DNA of 64,000 nucleotides. It comes from the human T2T-CHM13v2.0 reference genome, Homo sapiens. The DNA is taken from the NCBI RefSeq assembly GCF_009914755.1, contig NC_060925.1. One strand, given 5' to 3'. Each line of letters starts with the position of its first letter. The stretch's first letter is position 1. Shown here piece by piece: positions 14,721-31,532 of this stretch. The position numbers and the translations under genes were made by a program. A model generated the notes under the pieces. It saw only the letters and a list, made by a program, of their open reading frames with translations, was not told the DNA's origin and made no database searches.

Positions 14721-17700
14721 CTATTTCTAACCACACATTTACAGGGAACCTCCTTTGTACCTGCCTTGACTCCAGGGAACTCACCCCTGAGAAGCTGAGG
14801 TGAAAGGAAGGGTGGACGGTTTGCTGTGCTAATGAGATGGGATTTTTGTCTCAAACCCTGACACAAATTTGTTTCTTAGACTATCAACTTATCCCTGATG
14901 GGCACAGCTTACACTTGAGTATTTGAGTACTGGTGTAACAGATGCCATGTGACAAAATAATTAAAATCCCAAAACGGAAGTGGCTAGTGTGACTTTTTAT
15001 ATAGGTCCTATCGTGAAAAGTGAGTCATCCATCATTTTATACTTCTCTATCTCTAACCCACTTTTTTCAGAATATTTACATCTTTCTCCAACCCCTCCCG
15101 TGATAACACTTGGCATTGTCCCTACCCAAGGGAATAAACTGAAACGCGGGAAAGGTGGTGGAAACAGAAACAATCAAAGTGGAAAAGGCATTAGTGAACA
15201 AGCTCTGAGACTTCTCAGATGTTTTTTTTTCCTCTTGCCAAGGAGAGACACTGGATATATTTTCTATGTTCCAAATGTTGCCAAATACCCTCCCACAATG
15301 TGGCACCCGAATTGTAAAAGCACATATTCAAATGCAAATAGGGTAAAAGCCCCAGATGCAGAACGTTAAGACTATTATATAATACAGTGAAATTATCATT
15401 TTTTCTCATCTCAAGATCTGTCATTATAACCTCTGCAAGTGAGGATGCTTAATTGGCAAAGCTCCCAGAGGAGAGAGAGCATCACGGTGAGCCTCCTTCT
15501 GCATGCTGACTAAGTGTGGGCCGACTTGGCACCGATACAGAAACATCCACTTTATTCCAGTATAGGCTGCAATTACACCCTTCACTCAAAGTCTATTCAC
15601 TGACAGTGACCATCACTCTGAGAGGCTGTTTTCTGGAGTGCTAAGTCCCCAATAGCTACAGTGAGCTACAAAATCATCGTGCATCCACAACAATTTCTTT
15701 AAGTTTCGGGATCTTTGTTTTGTTTTGTTTTTGGTCCAGCACTAAGTCTTCATCCTAAAGAAAATAAGGAAACTAACATTACTTTCTTGATGCTATCATC
15801 AAGGTTCAGAGAAACCCCTTAATAAGTAAGTAGTTATTTTTCCTCACTTTACCTTCTGAGGTCATCACATATCCAAATATCTAATAAATTTTCCTCTACC
15901 TCCCCTGCATCAGCCAAGACATAGGTATCACTCTTTCAAAAGAAGACATGAAAATAACCTGCTTTGGATTCAGTCACATTACCCCAGGGATGGTGTATGG
16001 TCTCTCCACCCACCTCTGAAACTTACCTTTTGCATTTTGCTTTTGGTCCTGGCAATGCACCCTACAATCCTCAGTTTTCATTAACAACTAATATCCACAA
16101 GGCACTGGAGTATATTGCAGTTGGCTCAATCTTTCTAGAGCCCTAGACTGAATGTTAAGAAACAGGTGATTTTTTCCCCTTTCCACCTACTTTTATATTC
16201 ACATAATCTTTCAGTTTCTTTTCTTTACAATGTCTATTTTTGATGATTTTAAAAGAAGTACATGCCTCGTAGAAATTTTGGAAAAGAGAAAAGTGTACAG
16301 AGAAAAATAAAAATAATTTTTAAAATTCTACCACCTGAAGGCAACATTGATAAAGATTTTTATGTATTTAGTTGTTCTTCAGTTTATTTGCCTGTGTGAA
16401 TTCTGCAAATGGAAATAATATTGAATATAACAGTTCTGCATCTTGCTTTTATTTACACTACGGAAATCAAAGGTTGTGAGGAATATATTTTTAGAGGAAG
16501 AGAAAGAGTCAGGGAAGGAGGAGCAGGAGAAAGAGGCAGGTGGGAGGAGGAGGAGAATTTCTCAGCAGCATTATAGACCTGTTGAGGATTAGCAAGAATG
16601 AATCTAGAGTCTTTCTTCTCAGTGCGGTTTTATAACATACTAAAACAACACTCATAGAATCCTCTAGGATTTTAAAATAAAATTGACTAAGGGTTACCAA
16701 GCCGGGAGATGGTTAAGGCAGTTAGAGATTCTAAAGCAGCGTTGAGAACACGATTCAAAGAGCTGACTCTGACGTCTAGGTTCAGTATGGAGGTGAATAA
16801 ACAGCAGATGGCCTGGAAGATACAGAGAGTTGAGGAACTGGAATACATGACGCAGTAAACAACATTCAGAAAGAACGAGGAAGTGGGGGACTTGACCTGT
16901 GGTCAAGAAGTATAATTTCAGCATTAAGGATCCTAAGGGTGGAAAATCTGGAAGAAAGATGAGCTACAAAAGATGGCTGTGCTGATAGCATACTGAAGTG
17001 AATTCGAGTTAAGGCTATGTCAGGTCAAGGTATAACAGTGATGTATGTCCATGCCTAGTGACCCCTCTAGAATGTCAGTCTCTGGAAGGGAGGGTTTTTA
17101 GATCATTCACTATCGTCTGTCCAGCATTAAAGAAGTCTAGATCATAGGAATTTGATGCGTATTTCTTTTTTTTTCTTTTCCCGTAACTGAGGAAACAAGA
17201 CACATATTTCTTAAACAATGATAAATACAATCTGAATGTATAATGGTGTCAAGTTTGATAACCTGTTGTATCCATTCTACAATAAGGAGACACCCACCAA
17301 ACAGATATTCCCATCGGCCTTTTGGGGAATGTTCTCTGGAAAGCTCTTAATAGATGACCTTCTAAGTGCTAGAGGCAATGTTAGATGCTGAAGACTTATA
17401 GACAAAAACGTTTCATTCTGCCGATAAACTTGGAGTATGGAAAATATCAAGTTAACCAACTAGCTACATGCTACAACAGAGTAGGCAGAGCGTGTTCTGG
17501 CTACACCCAGATCTAGGTTCTAAAAATAATTCCTAAAGGAGGTACTTCTGAATCTAACCTCTGAAGGGTATACAAATTTATCCCAGCAAAGGCAAGGCTA
17601 GATGTGTAGGTGGGAACAACTGGTATATTAAGGCCCACTCATAATAATTTTAGCTCAGGGTAAATTAAGTCGCAATGACTCTCCAACCAGCTCCCCGGGT

Positions 17701-18566
17701 CTGCTGGCAATAATGCTGCTCCTGTGGTGCCAATAACCTGAAAATCTCCAAGTAATACAAGAAAGTTATACACAGAAAACCTCCAAGTGATACACAGAAA
17801 AACCTAAAACCAACTCAATTCCAAACTTTACATGTTGTCATTTGGTAGACACAAATGTGAACTTCTTCCTGCAATAAAAACCTATGTTGACTTAGTTTAA
17901 AAGCAGCATATAAAGGATGTTGCCCATAATCCCCTAACCAAACACGGCATCTATTTTCTCTTTTCTCTGTCCTTGTAATAGACATCCTAATAGGTATACA
18001 TAGTTTTGATGTAATTTACACCTATCTTTTACTTTCTTATGTTAAAATTTTCTGTTTATTATCATTTCAGGAAACGTTTCAGGATAGTAATAGAGATTAA
18101 CAGCAACAGTGAAGCATTTTACCCCAGAGAAGGGTAAAAGTTGGAAATGTTGCTATTGATTCACCTAGGTTATGCCACTTTAATGTCAGTGTGCCTCAGT
18201 TTTCCCCTTTACAATACAGGGATTCAGGTCTTGAAAAAGATATTTAAATTGAATGCAATATCCTTCTTATGGGACTATAACTTTAAGTAATTTGCAGTGT
18301 ACTTTCAAGAACTGGAAATGTTGACGTAGTTATTCTACTTCTGAACATCTCTCATTCAAAAAATAATGCTGTGGAAGAAGATGCTTTATGCACCTAGACA
18401 TTTATCAAGTATTATTTATAATAGTTAAAAATTGGAAGTCTACATCCTTTGGGTTAGGCGTAATGATTTAAAAGACACTGTAAATCCACAGCATGTTATT
18501 CTACATTATGAATGATAATATACCACATTATGAAGTGGAAAATAAATTCATTCTTAAATTGTGTGA

Positions 18567-19117
<551 letters not shown>

Positions 19118-20657
19118 TGAATCACAGGCTGTGAAACTGCTATGAAAATAAAACAGTATTATTATACAATTCATTATAAATAGTCTATGACTAATTTAGC
19201 ACTTTAGCCATAAGCGTTCAGAAAAAAGAAATTCAGATCATGCTTGTCTTGCTGGCCACAGAACTCAGAAAATGCTCTGAGGCAGAGGAAAACAAGTCCT
19301 CAGTGCATTTGAGTGTTTTAAAATAGAATCACATAGAGCCACCTTGGGTCAATATGACATCTCTTGTATTCTGGACTTTCTTCTAACTTTAAATGCTATT
19401 TGAATTTTTGCCAGAGACAACTTGTGGAATGTTCTGAGCCCAGTTTGGAATTTTATTTACAAAATGGGGTAGATTTCAATAGAAGTAGTGTCCTGGGGCA
19501 TCCACTGAATGGATGGATGCTCCACTTAGCCTTGAAAATATGATCCCTCAGCCACAGTCAGGCGAGCCCCCCAGGATGGGGAGGGCACCATGAGGTGTTA
19601 CTTATCCTTTCTGAGACAAAAACAACCCCTTCCCAGTCTTTAGGTATTTTAAACATAGTCTTAGCATGTAGCTGAAAAAATGGGGGTTGGGGGAGTCAGG
19701 TCCAGACTGATCTAGTATGTGGAAAATAAGCAAGTAGGAGTGAAAGCATTGATTCTGGCAAATTCCCCAAGCCGAAATCCAAGTATAGGCCCATTTAAAA
19801 GTAGACTGGAGTTGCCAAGGCAGAATTTCCTTCTTAAAATTCAGATAATTAGTTGCTAGCAGTGCTGAATATTAAACAGGAAATTCAACTTCCAAAGATG
19901 TTTCAATAATAGAATTCTGAAAACAAGCATTTTCCTAATATGAAGTGTTACATGCAAAGCACCAGCACCATAATAAGTAAAGGTATTGGAATTAACTAGG
20001 CCTTCATACAACACATACTAGTTGTGTGAATGCCAGCAAATCATTTAACCACTTTAACCTCAGTGGCCATATATCTCTGGTTGTAACTATGTCTTTGTAA
20101 ACAGGACTCTCTACTAACTCACCATAAATTCAGAGAAAAATAAATGTCCCTGATTCCTCTAGGCTAAACATTTATATAGAGAAAAACAAATTCAAATAAG
20201 CTATCAATGGAGATCTGTTAAGTACAATATAGCTGTGGTAAATGGACACCTTGTCTTGCTTGAAGGCTGTACTCCAGAAAAGAAACAAAGTCAAAAAAAT
20301 TCTTAAATTTTGAAACCAGATCATTAATTTTCTTGAATGTTACTTCCATTTTCCAAATTTTCACAGATACAGCAAGCAAATGCAATTAATGCTTGCATTT
20401 TATTAAATCAAATTGCAGGGGAATAGAAAACAAAACAAAACAGACTAATTTGCTTTCCTTTTTTAACCTTCAGTCTTATAGTTTGCCCTTAAACATTTCT
20501 AGTTCACTCTTTTCTTGAGTTATGTGTTCGGGGAAGTTGTATAAGGTTCATATATGATTCACCTGATGTTTACTCAGCTTTCTCATATGCTAGAAACCAG
20601 AACATTTCCACTGAAATGGGGAAGATAATTAGTAATGACTTTTTCAGCATTGAACGA

Positions 20658-21458
<801 letters not shown>

Positions 21459-22306
21459 ACAGTAATCCTGAAGTACTGATAATCTTTAAAGCAGAAGGTG
21501 TAGGGAGTTGCTAGTCCAGACAGGTGGATGTTAAAAATTTAGAGCAGTAGAAGCTGTTTGCCTGGTTGACACTGGACCTGCCGGGTGAGAAAACCTCCCC
21601 TCATCATCAAGTTCTTCATCAGCTCCATGAGCTTATTCTTTTGACAACTCTCGCCCTGTTCACGGAAATAAATCTGAAAGCTGGTGACCAAATCAGCTTT
21701 TTGTAATGCCAGTATATTCATAGAAAATTTGCTATTCCAGAGCCAACCATGCTCTGTCCAAATGATTTAACCAGTGAGTTTGGCAACAGTCAGGTAACAG
21801 CCCCAGCGGGTAGGGGGAACCTTTCCATTGAGCTGTAGAGGGGCAGATGATGTGTAGCTGGGAGTAGAGCATATCTAACTTTGAGAACTAAAATATCAAG
21901 CACCTTGTCCTTTGTGGGTAAATTGAGCAAGTAGCTAGCTTCAGAAACAAGTCATAAACTGAGTCACCTACAAAACTCTACTAAAATAAAGTAAAAGCAT
22001 AGATTTTGGAATTAAACGGTTCAAGGCTATATTTCTTTCTCAGCTGTGTGTGTCACTCTGGGAAAATTATTTAATCTTTCTGAAGCTCAATTTCCTTTTC
22101 TTAGAAATGAGTATAACATTTACTTCATAGGGTTGTAAGGATTAGGTGAATTAAGTATTCAAAGAGATTAGCACACAATTAAAGCTTAATAAATGTTATC
22201 AATTATGGTTAATTTTTATTCTTTCAATCCCCTATCCACTGTGTACCCAGAGCAGCCAATGCGTATCTCTGCCTTAGTGTCTCTCTATTAAAATTAGAGA
22301 TGATGA

Positions 22307-22715
<409 letters not shown>

Positions 22716-23029
22716 CTCAAATTTTTAATAAGTGTTTATGAACAAATCTGATCTGTGAGTTAGGAAGGATCTGAGATGTCAGCCATAATCTGTGATTATA
22801 GGATTTTTCCAACTGTGACCCATTAGGTGGAGAAATAAATTCAGTGAATCAGAGCCAACATTTTATTTTTAAAGAAAAAGAATAGAATAGCAAATATCAG
22901 AGTGCAAAACACATAGTAAAGTTAAGTATTGTTACAAGAAACTTTGTTACATATGTAAGTGTACTTGGTGGCAATGTAAATATATTACTTATTGTGAGTA
23001 GTGGTTAAAAAATATGTGAACATTCTGAA

Positions 23030-24140
<1,111 letters not shown>

Positions 24141-24317
24141 AACTTAATAAATAATACTTTTTTCTTCAAGTGTGAAAAACACTGGCAGAGAGCAAAAGGC
24201 CCTGATACACTCACTCCCATCACCATCAAGTGGTCATCTAGCCTTTGCCTGAGTAACTCCAGGGTCAACAATCTCTTTACTGCCCATACTGCCCAGGCAG
24301 CTAACTTGTTAGAAAGC

Positions 24318-24914
<597 letters not shown>

Positions 24915-26282
24915 AGAAAGCTTTTTCTTTACACTGAGCCATAACTCGCCTCCCAACAACTCGCTTGCATCGGTTGTTCTGTCCTCCTAAGAGATTCTAA
25001 TGTGATTCAATCCCTCTACCACCAATAGCTCTTCGGAAATTTGAAGGAAGCTACCACATCCTCCCCACTCCCAGTCGTCATTTCTCCGGACTCAGGAGTC
25101 CCAGGTCCTTCCTTTGGCCATCCCTCAAGGCATGGCTTTGAGTTCCCTCCTGTCTCTTGATTGTACTTATTTTATCTAATGATGCCCAGAACTAAGCACA
25201 GCCCTCTCGGAGAGGCCCAAGAGGAGCAGAAAGGAGCCAAAAGTAAAATCATCACTTTTGATCTAGACAGAATCTAGACAGCCTACTTCTTCTGTCAACA
25301 AACCCTAAGCTTCAATTTGCTCCTTCTTTAATATTCACATTATACCATTCACTCCTGTTGAGCTTAGCAATCAACTAAAACACCCAAGTCTTTTGCATAA
25401 GCCCCAAATTTACCTTCTGTGTTTGTACGGTCTTCACTCTCTCAGGAGTCAGAGCGCTCATTTGGCCCCACCCCAATTCTCCAAAGCTAAATCCCACAGA
25501 TGGAAGCGTATCTGTTATAGAGACACCGCTGGAATAGTCTCCCTACCCTCCCACCCACTAAAAAACAGAAACGAAGTCTTTGTCTCAATACATGGTCTCT
25601 TATCCTTACCCTTTCCTTGAATGGGGCTTCATTTTAAAGTGTGTTTGGGGGAAGGACTGGAAGAAAACGCAGTTTCACAGGCCATCTCCAAAATCTGACC
25701 TAAAAGCCAACTGTTGCCCGGCCTCAATAAAGCCTGAGCAGTGTGGTGCCCTGATCTCTTTCCTTCTCCATTCCTCCCCCAAGTGGGCTCCAACTGGAGG
25801 TTGTGGAGATGAGTGCTGCTGGGCTCTGCTCACTCAGTCCCTTTGCCTTTGTGTGAGTAGTGACAGATGAGGCTGAGAAGGAAAACGTGGCAGGGTGAGA
25901 ATAAACCTGATATTGTTCAAAGCATCTGACATCAAACATATCTCTCAAGAAGACCTACTGGAATCCCTCTAGCCACACGAACAAGGAAACGACAGAGAAC
26001 CATTTCTACAGAAAGTTCCAGGCGGCCTCCCTGGGTATTTTTAACATCAGGACTCGGTGGAGGGGAGAGTCATTAAGCAAGGGAAACCCCGTAAAACAGA
26101 ACATGTGAAAATGACCAAGAGAGGTGGGCTGGGAACCAGGCAGGGCGAGGCTACAGAAAAGGGAAGCTGTCACGGGACCCTGGTGGTGAGGGGCGACCTC
26201 TCTCTCCCTAAGGGCTCTGGGGGAGGGGAGGGAGGAGGACCACCAAGTCTGGAGTGCGGCGAGAAGGAAACAGCCCACCTAC

Positions 26283-26302
26283 CTCGTCCAGGTCTGCTCC
26301 AT
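26283..26302 (-). CDS. PDE4DIP: PDE4DIP alternative first exon 1b, coding part MEQTWT(R)
   Basis: Strong Kozak (AAAATGG), then ATG GAG CAG ACC TGG ACG AG|gtaggt. Phase 2, at the edge of a CpG island. Matches the recalled MEQTWTRDYF isoform start. Confidence 0.88.
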
Positions 26303-26329
26303 TTTCCAGGCTCTTTCCTTAGTCTCAGG

Positions 26330-26880
26330 ACGCTCCTCACCCGGGAGGGGAAGCAGCCTGGGAAAATGAGAAGCCTTGCCCACGAATCTCCAGCGCAAAA
26401 GGCAGCAGCTTTTTCCTCCCCAGCTCCTTTCTGCGTCGGCGGCGAAGAGAGAGCTCTGCTCCCTGCTTTTTTAGAAAATGGATTTGACGTGGCCGAACCT
26501 GCGGCTAGCCGTGAGACCCGCACGAGGGAGGGACTGTTCTCAGTAGGAGGCTGGACTCGGAGCGGCGCGGCGCCCGGGGCTGTTTCGTGAGCTGGAGCCA
26601 GCGGCTGCCCGGGCGGCGGTGCGCGCACTCTCCAGGCTGAGACACGACTGGCTGGCACGAGTTGCTCGGCACCAGCTGAGCTGTCAACCGCGAGCGGAGG
26701 CGGGGCTCCCGACAACCAGTGTGCTGGGGCACAATCGGCCCAGGTTGCACGCCCCCTGAACCACCCTCGCGTCTCCCCGACCCCTCTCTCGCTGGCTCAG
26801 ATGAATGATGACGGCAGAGGGCAGAGAGCTTAGAGGACGCCGTACCAAGCCCCGTCCCTCGCCCATCCCAACGAAGGTCT
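26330..26880. promoter_or_regulatory. CpG island / promoter and 5'UTR of exon 1b
   Basis: GC- and CpG-dense block in otherwise CpG-poor DNA, immediately upstream of the 1b ATG. Boundaries approximate. Confidence 0.8.
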
Positions 26881-28933
26881 TAGAATACAATCAACCAACT
26901 ACAGGAAGAATTTGTAGAGGAGGTTTTCTTGTGTGTCTGCATCGCCCCACCCACAGGTAACCCCAGAGCCAGAGATGGAGTCTAGGAAGGTTTAGGAGCA
27001 ATCCCGGCTGAATGCAGACGTATACCCTACGTGGTCATGGAACACGATGTTGTCTTCCTAGAGATGTGACATGACAGTTTCACCATTAATCCAGGGACAG
27101 GACCCTTCATCAGGAAGGGAAGCATCCCAACAAAACCTTACAGCCCTATTAGCTGCCTGTATCCCAGACATCTCCTGTTTTAGGGTATTCTACCTCCTCG
27201 TTTTTCAGTTTCGCCAGCAACTGGGCTCTACCAATAGCTTCAAGGAGGGAGAAGCTTCCTGACTCCCAGAACACTAGAAAAGCCTCAAGACAGTAGCCAT
27301 CAGGACCTAGACACTCCCTTGTGACTGTTTTAAGATCATGGAAAAGGCCTCTTTGGAGATGGCATTGCCTCAGGCCCTGTACCATGTACTTATGTATCAA
27401 GATTTAAACAAGGCAGACATACTATAATTAGAGTGCTTGCCACCCTGAAGCTCCTTTTTAGCTTTCAAATAAGACCGTTTTATTAAATGACATAATCACT
27501 GTTATTATTAGCACTATCACTGACCTTTTTTTTATTTGAAAAAGGCTTTATAGTGCCCACATGTGGCAATGTTAATTTCGTTGTACTTGTTTCAGAGATG
27601 ATAAATTTGAGACCCCAAAAGGCCCAAAGTCTCTGCTAAGGTTCTGATACAGGCTGTGTTCTCCATTGGGTGGCCCCAGAGATATGTTCCCTGAATTTCT
27701 AAAGCTACGACCCACAAGACTTCTCCAGGATGAATTTATTCTTTCAGGCCTCCTAGGCATTTAACTCAGGAAGAACCTGGCATGCCTGGGTATTGGTGAG
27801 ACTGTGGGGAGTCTGTGTTCTTGGGGGAACCTGTCATCTGTCTGTTATCTCTTGGATTGGTTCCCCTACATACTAGTACAAAGTAGGGGTGGGGAGGGGA
27901 GGATAACAAAACATTTGAAGGTTTAGCAGAACTGTCTAAAAAGCCCCTAGTCTAGACTCCTCCAACACTTGATTTATTGGTAGGACCACACTGCTCCAGA
28001 GCTCAAAATGTTACCAGGAAAAATTTCAAGGTCCAGTTTGATCTTAGACAAGGCTCACAGGCCACCTGTCTTGAAAAGAATATCCTGTTGCCTCTGATGG
28101 GGGGGAAGAAAAGGCAGGGAGAGTCAGATTCCCATCCTTCATACCAAAGTTGGGGCTATATTTAGCTTTGTCTCAAATCAAATGATGGGCTACCGAGTTG
28201 TGGAGAGGAACTCTGTCTACAGGCAGCTCACTGGATTCAAGAAATGATAGCACTAACTAGGTGAGCTGTGGGGTCTCAGAAGTGACGCTAGAAAATACGT
28301 TCATGTATTTTTAAAATAACTTTTTTCAAAAGTTTATAGCACATTCATTGTAAAAACATTTGAAAAATACAGAAAGTTATATAGATTACTCAGAATACCC
28401 AGGGATCTTCAATATTAAAAATGTGTTGCATTTTTTTCCCACTCTTTAAAAAATGCATCTTTTAATCCAAACACCAACTCTTTCTTACACACATGGGTAT
28501 ATTCTTGAGAAGAGAAATTTCCTTGTTGTTTTAAAAATTATACTTATTGTCAAAAGAACAATCTTTTTGCGTTAGATTTCAGAAGAAAAATATTCACCCA
28601 TATAACCACTGCTACAGCACAAATGTTTAAATTTCTCCAAATTCCCTTTAGTCGTTATCTATATATATTAAATATCTATTTACATAATTACGATTACAGC
28701 TTAGGTATATGTTTATATTCTCCTTCTTTCACTTAGTAAATATTTGTCCATGTTTTTAGGGAAAGTTCATAGTTATTATTCTAATGAGTGTACAATATTT
28801 TATAATATTAGTAGGACCATAGATTACTTAAAATATTCTACTATTGCATAGTTATGCTGTTTCTGATATTAGACTGTTATAAATAATGCCTTAATGAAGA
28901 GCTTTCTGCCTTTATCATTCTCCTTTTTTGAAT

Positions 28934-29331
28934 TATGCTATGGTTGAATGTATGTATGCCTTCAAAATTCATACATTGGTACTTAATACCGAGTGTTATA
29001 GTACTACAGGGTGGGGCCTTTTAGGAATATGTCTTAGGAAGTGATAAGGCATGAACACTCCACTCTCATGAATGGGATTAGTGCTCTTAAAAAAGAGGTT
29101 GAAAGGATTGCTCTGGTCCCTTTTGTCCTCTGTCCCTCCAGCCATGTGAGGACACAGCATCTGTGGCAACAAGGAGCCATCTTGGGAGCAGAGAGCAAGC
29201 TCTTCCAGACACTGAATCTGCCAGCACCTTGATCTTGGTCCAGCCTTCAGAACTGTGAGAAATAAATTTCTATTATTCACAAATTACCCAGTCTAAGCTA
29301 TTTTGCTATAGCAGCAGGAATGGACTAAAGA
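28934..29331 (+). mobile_element. MaLR solo LTR (MST/MLT1A-like)
   Basis: tgctatggttgaatg start, ending cagaactgtgagaaataaatttct...ggactaaaga. Confidence 0.8.
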
Positions 29332-29602
29332 CGATTTTCCTGGGATAAAAGGACTTTCTAATTTTATTATCTTAGCCTCAAAAGCACTAGAAATTCTCCT
29401 TTTATTTTTTTTCTTATTTAATTTGTAAATAATTGGATAGTTATATTTTAGTTCTATATCCAGCTAGTATACAAATAATGTAACACCATCTCATTTTGCT
29501 TTACATTTCTTAGAATACTAGCTAGTAAGGTCTTATTTCATATCCTTTCTTGGAAACCATATGTGTAGTAGCCAGTCTCATGAAATCCTTGTGTTGAGTC
29601 AC

Positions 29603-30370
29603 TGTATTAGTCATCTTTTTGCTGAAACAATGCTGCTCAACAAAGAACTCCCCAATCTCAGTATTATACAACACACATCCATTTCTCCCTCAAGGATCTA
29701 TAGTTTAGGTATGGATTGGTTTAAGTCTGTCGTTTTCATGGCAGAGTGCAGGAGTGCAAGAGAGTTGGCAGAGACTCATGATGACTGGTCTCTGCTCAGA
29801 ACTGGCACAGTCTCGCTTCTGCCATTTTCCGTTCACCAAAGTAAGTAACATGGCCAAGTCCAAAGTCATTGGTGCAGAAAAGTACAGTCTGCCCACAGAG
29901 TGCAGGAGGGGAGAGTAATATTTGTGGAACAATAATGCAATCCACCAGTCACTGTATGTGCTGCTTTCTTGCTTTTTGTTAAGCTTTTCTCCTTGTAGAT
30001 ACATGGTAACTTTATTCTTCCTCATCCCATTTTAACTTAGTTATGACTTTTGAACAGTGAAATGTAACTTGTTTCGTTGGCTGAAACGTGAGAGGAAGTC
30101 TCATGTGGTCACTTCTGGGAAGAACGCAGACATTTTTAAGAGCTAGTACATAATTGGCCCTTTTCAGTTTCTGCTGTTTTATTGATCCTTGAAGATCAAT
30201 AAGATGAAGCTTTCATCAACCTAAGTCCCTGAGTTACTGTGATGGTCAGAGCCTTCCTGCTAACCCTAATTGAACATGTAGAATGAGCAAGAAATTCATT
30301 TTTGTTGTATTAAGTTACTGAGATTTGGAGATTATTTATTACTGGAGCATAATCTAGCCTATCCTAACAC
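29603..30370. mobile_element. Old MLT1 LTR fragments (minus ~29603-29950, plus ~30040-30370)
   Basis: tgtattagtc...gctg..acaatgctg end motif and tgttgtattaagttactgagatttgg. Confidence 0.55.
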
Positions 30371-30453
30371 ATTGCTTTTTATTTCCATTTGGCAACCAAG
30401 TATTGTTATGTGTGTGTCTGCTCTCAGTTTTCTGGCTTAGAACTCAAATAACC

Positions 30454-30756
<303 letters not shown>

Positions 30757-31532
30757 GAACTCAAATAACCTGGGTAAATGATGTTGATAAATTAAACTAT
30801 TCATTTTATTCTTTCCTGAGGGCACTGCTCTTAGTTTGGTCAACTGATTGTGCTTCAGGGAATACCTGAATTGATGATAAGGGACAAAAAATCGGAAGGT
30901 GTCACAGTCTTTACAGTCAGCTCCAAATATTCCAATGATACTTTTACCTTTCATTCAGTTTTTAAAATTCATTTTCCTTTTCTTCTCTCCAACTTGTTTC
31001 TGGGTAAAAAGGATTATTGATGTTGATATAGTTTACTGCATAATCTATACATCAATAATAAAAATAGCTATGTCTAATATATTTTTGCCAGATCCTCCTC
31101 TAACAATTGTGTGTGTACTAACTCTTTTCATCCTCGCAGCAGTCTTTTGAGGTAGGCTCTAGTTAATGCCCACTTTACAAATGACTAATGTGGAGCACAG
31201 GGAGGTAAATTATACTGCCCACATTCACAAAGCTGATTGATGGCAAAGCTGAGATTTGAAACCAATCAGTTTTGTTTCAGAATGGCCTGCCTAACCATTT
31301 TGCGTACTGCTTCCCTAATTTTGACACGTAACATTGGCTGGGACTTAGATAGGAGGACAATATGTCTGCAACATCTGTCACTTCAGTGATCCCTGTGATC
31401 ACCTGGTTAGTCAGAACATGATGTCTTCTTGATCCATCACAGCTCCATGTCTGTCTCTCTAACCTTGGGCTTAAAAAACAAATGCCCTTTCCAGACAAAG
31501 AGGCATCATTCTGAGATCAAGGATACAGTGTC

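Noticed and set aside
21539-21721. 60-aa ATG ORF in unique sequence on the gene strand
   Set aside because: No convincing splice sites, promoter or recognisable homology.
26057-26715. Long overlapping ORFs (177 aa on +, 181 aa on -) over promoter 1b
   Set aside because: Non-ATG starts, GC-rich stop-poor CpG island, and no recognisable domain.
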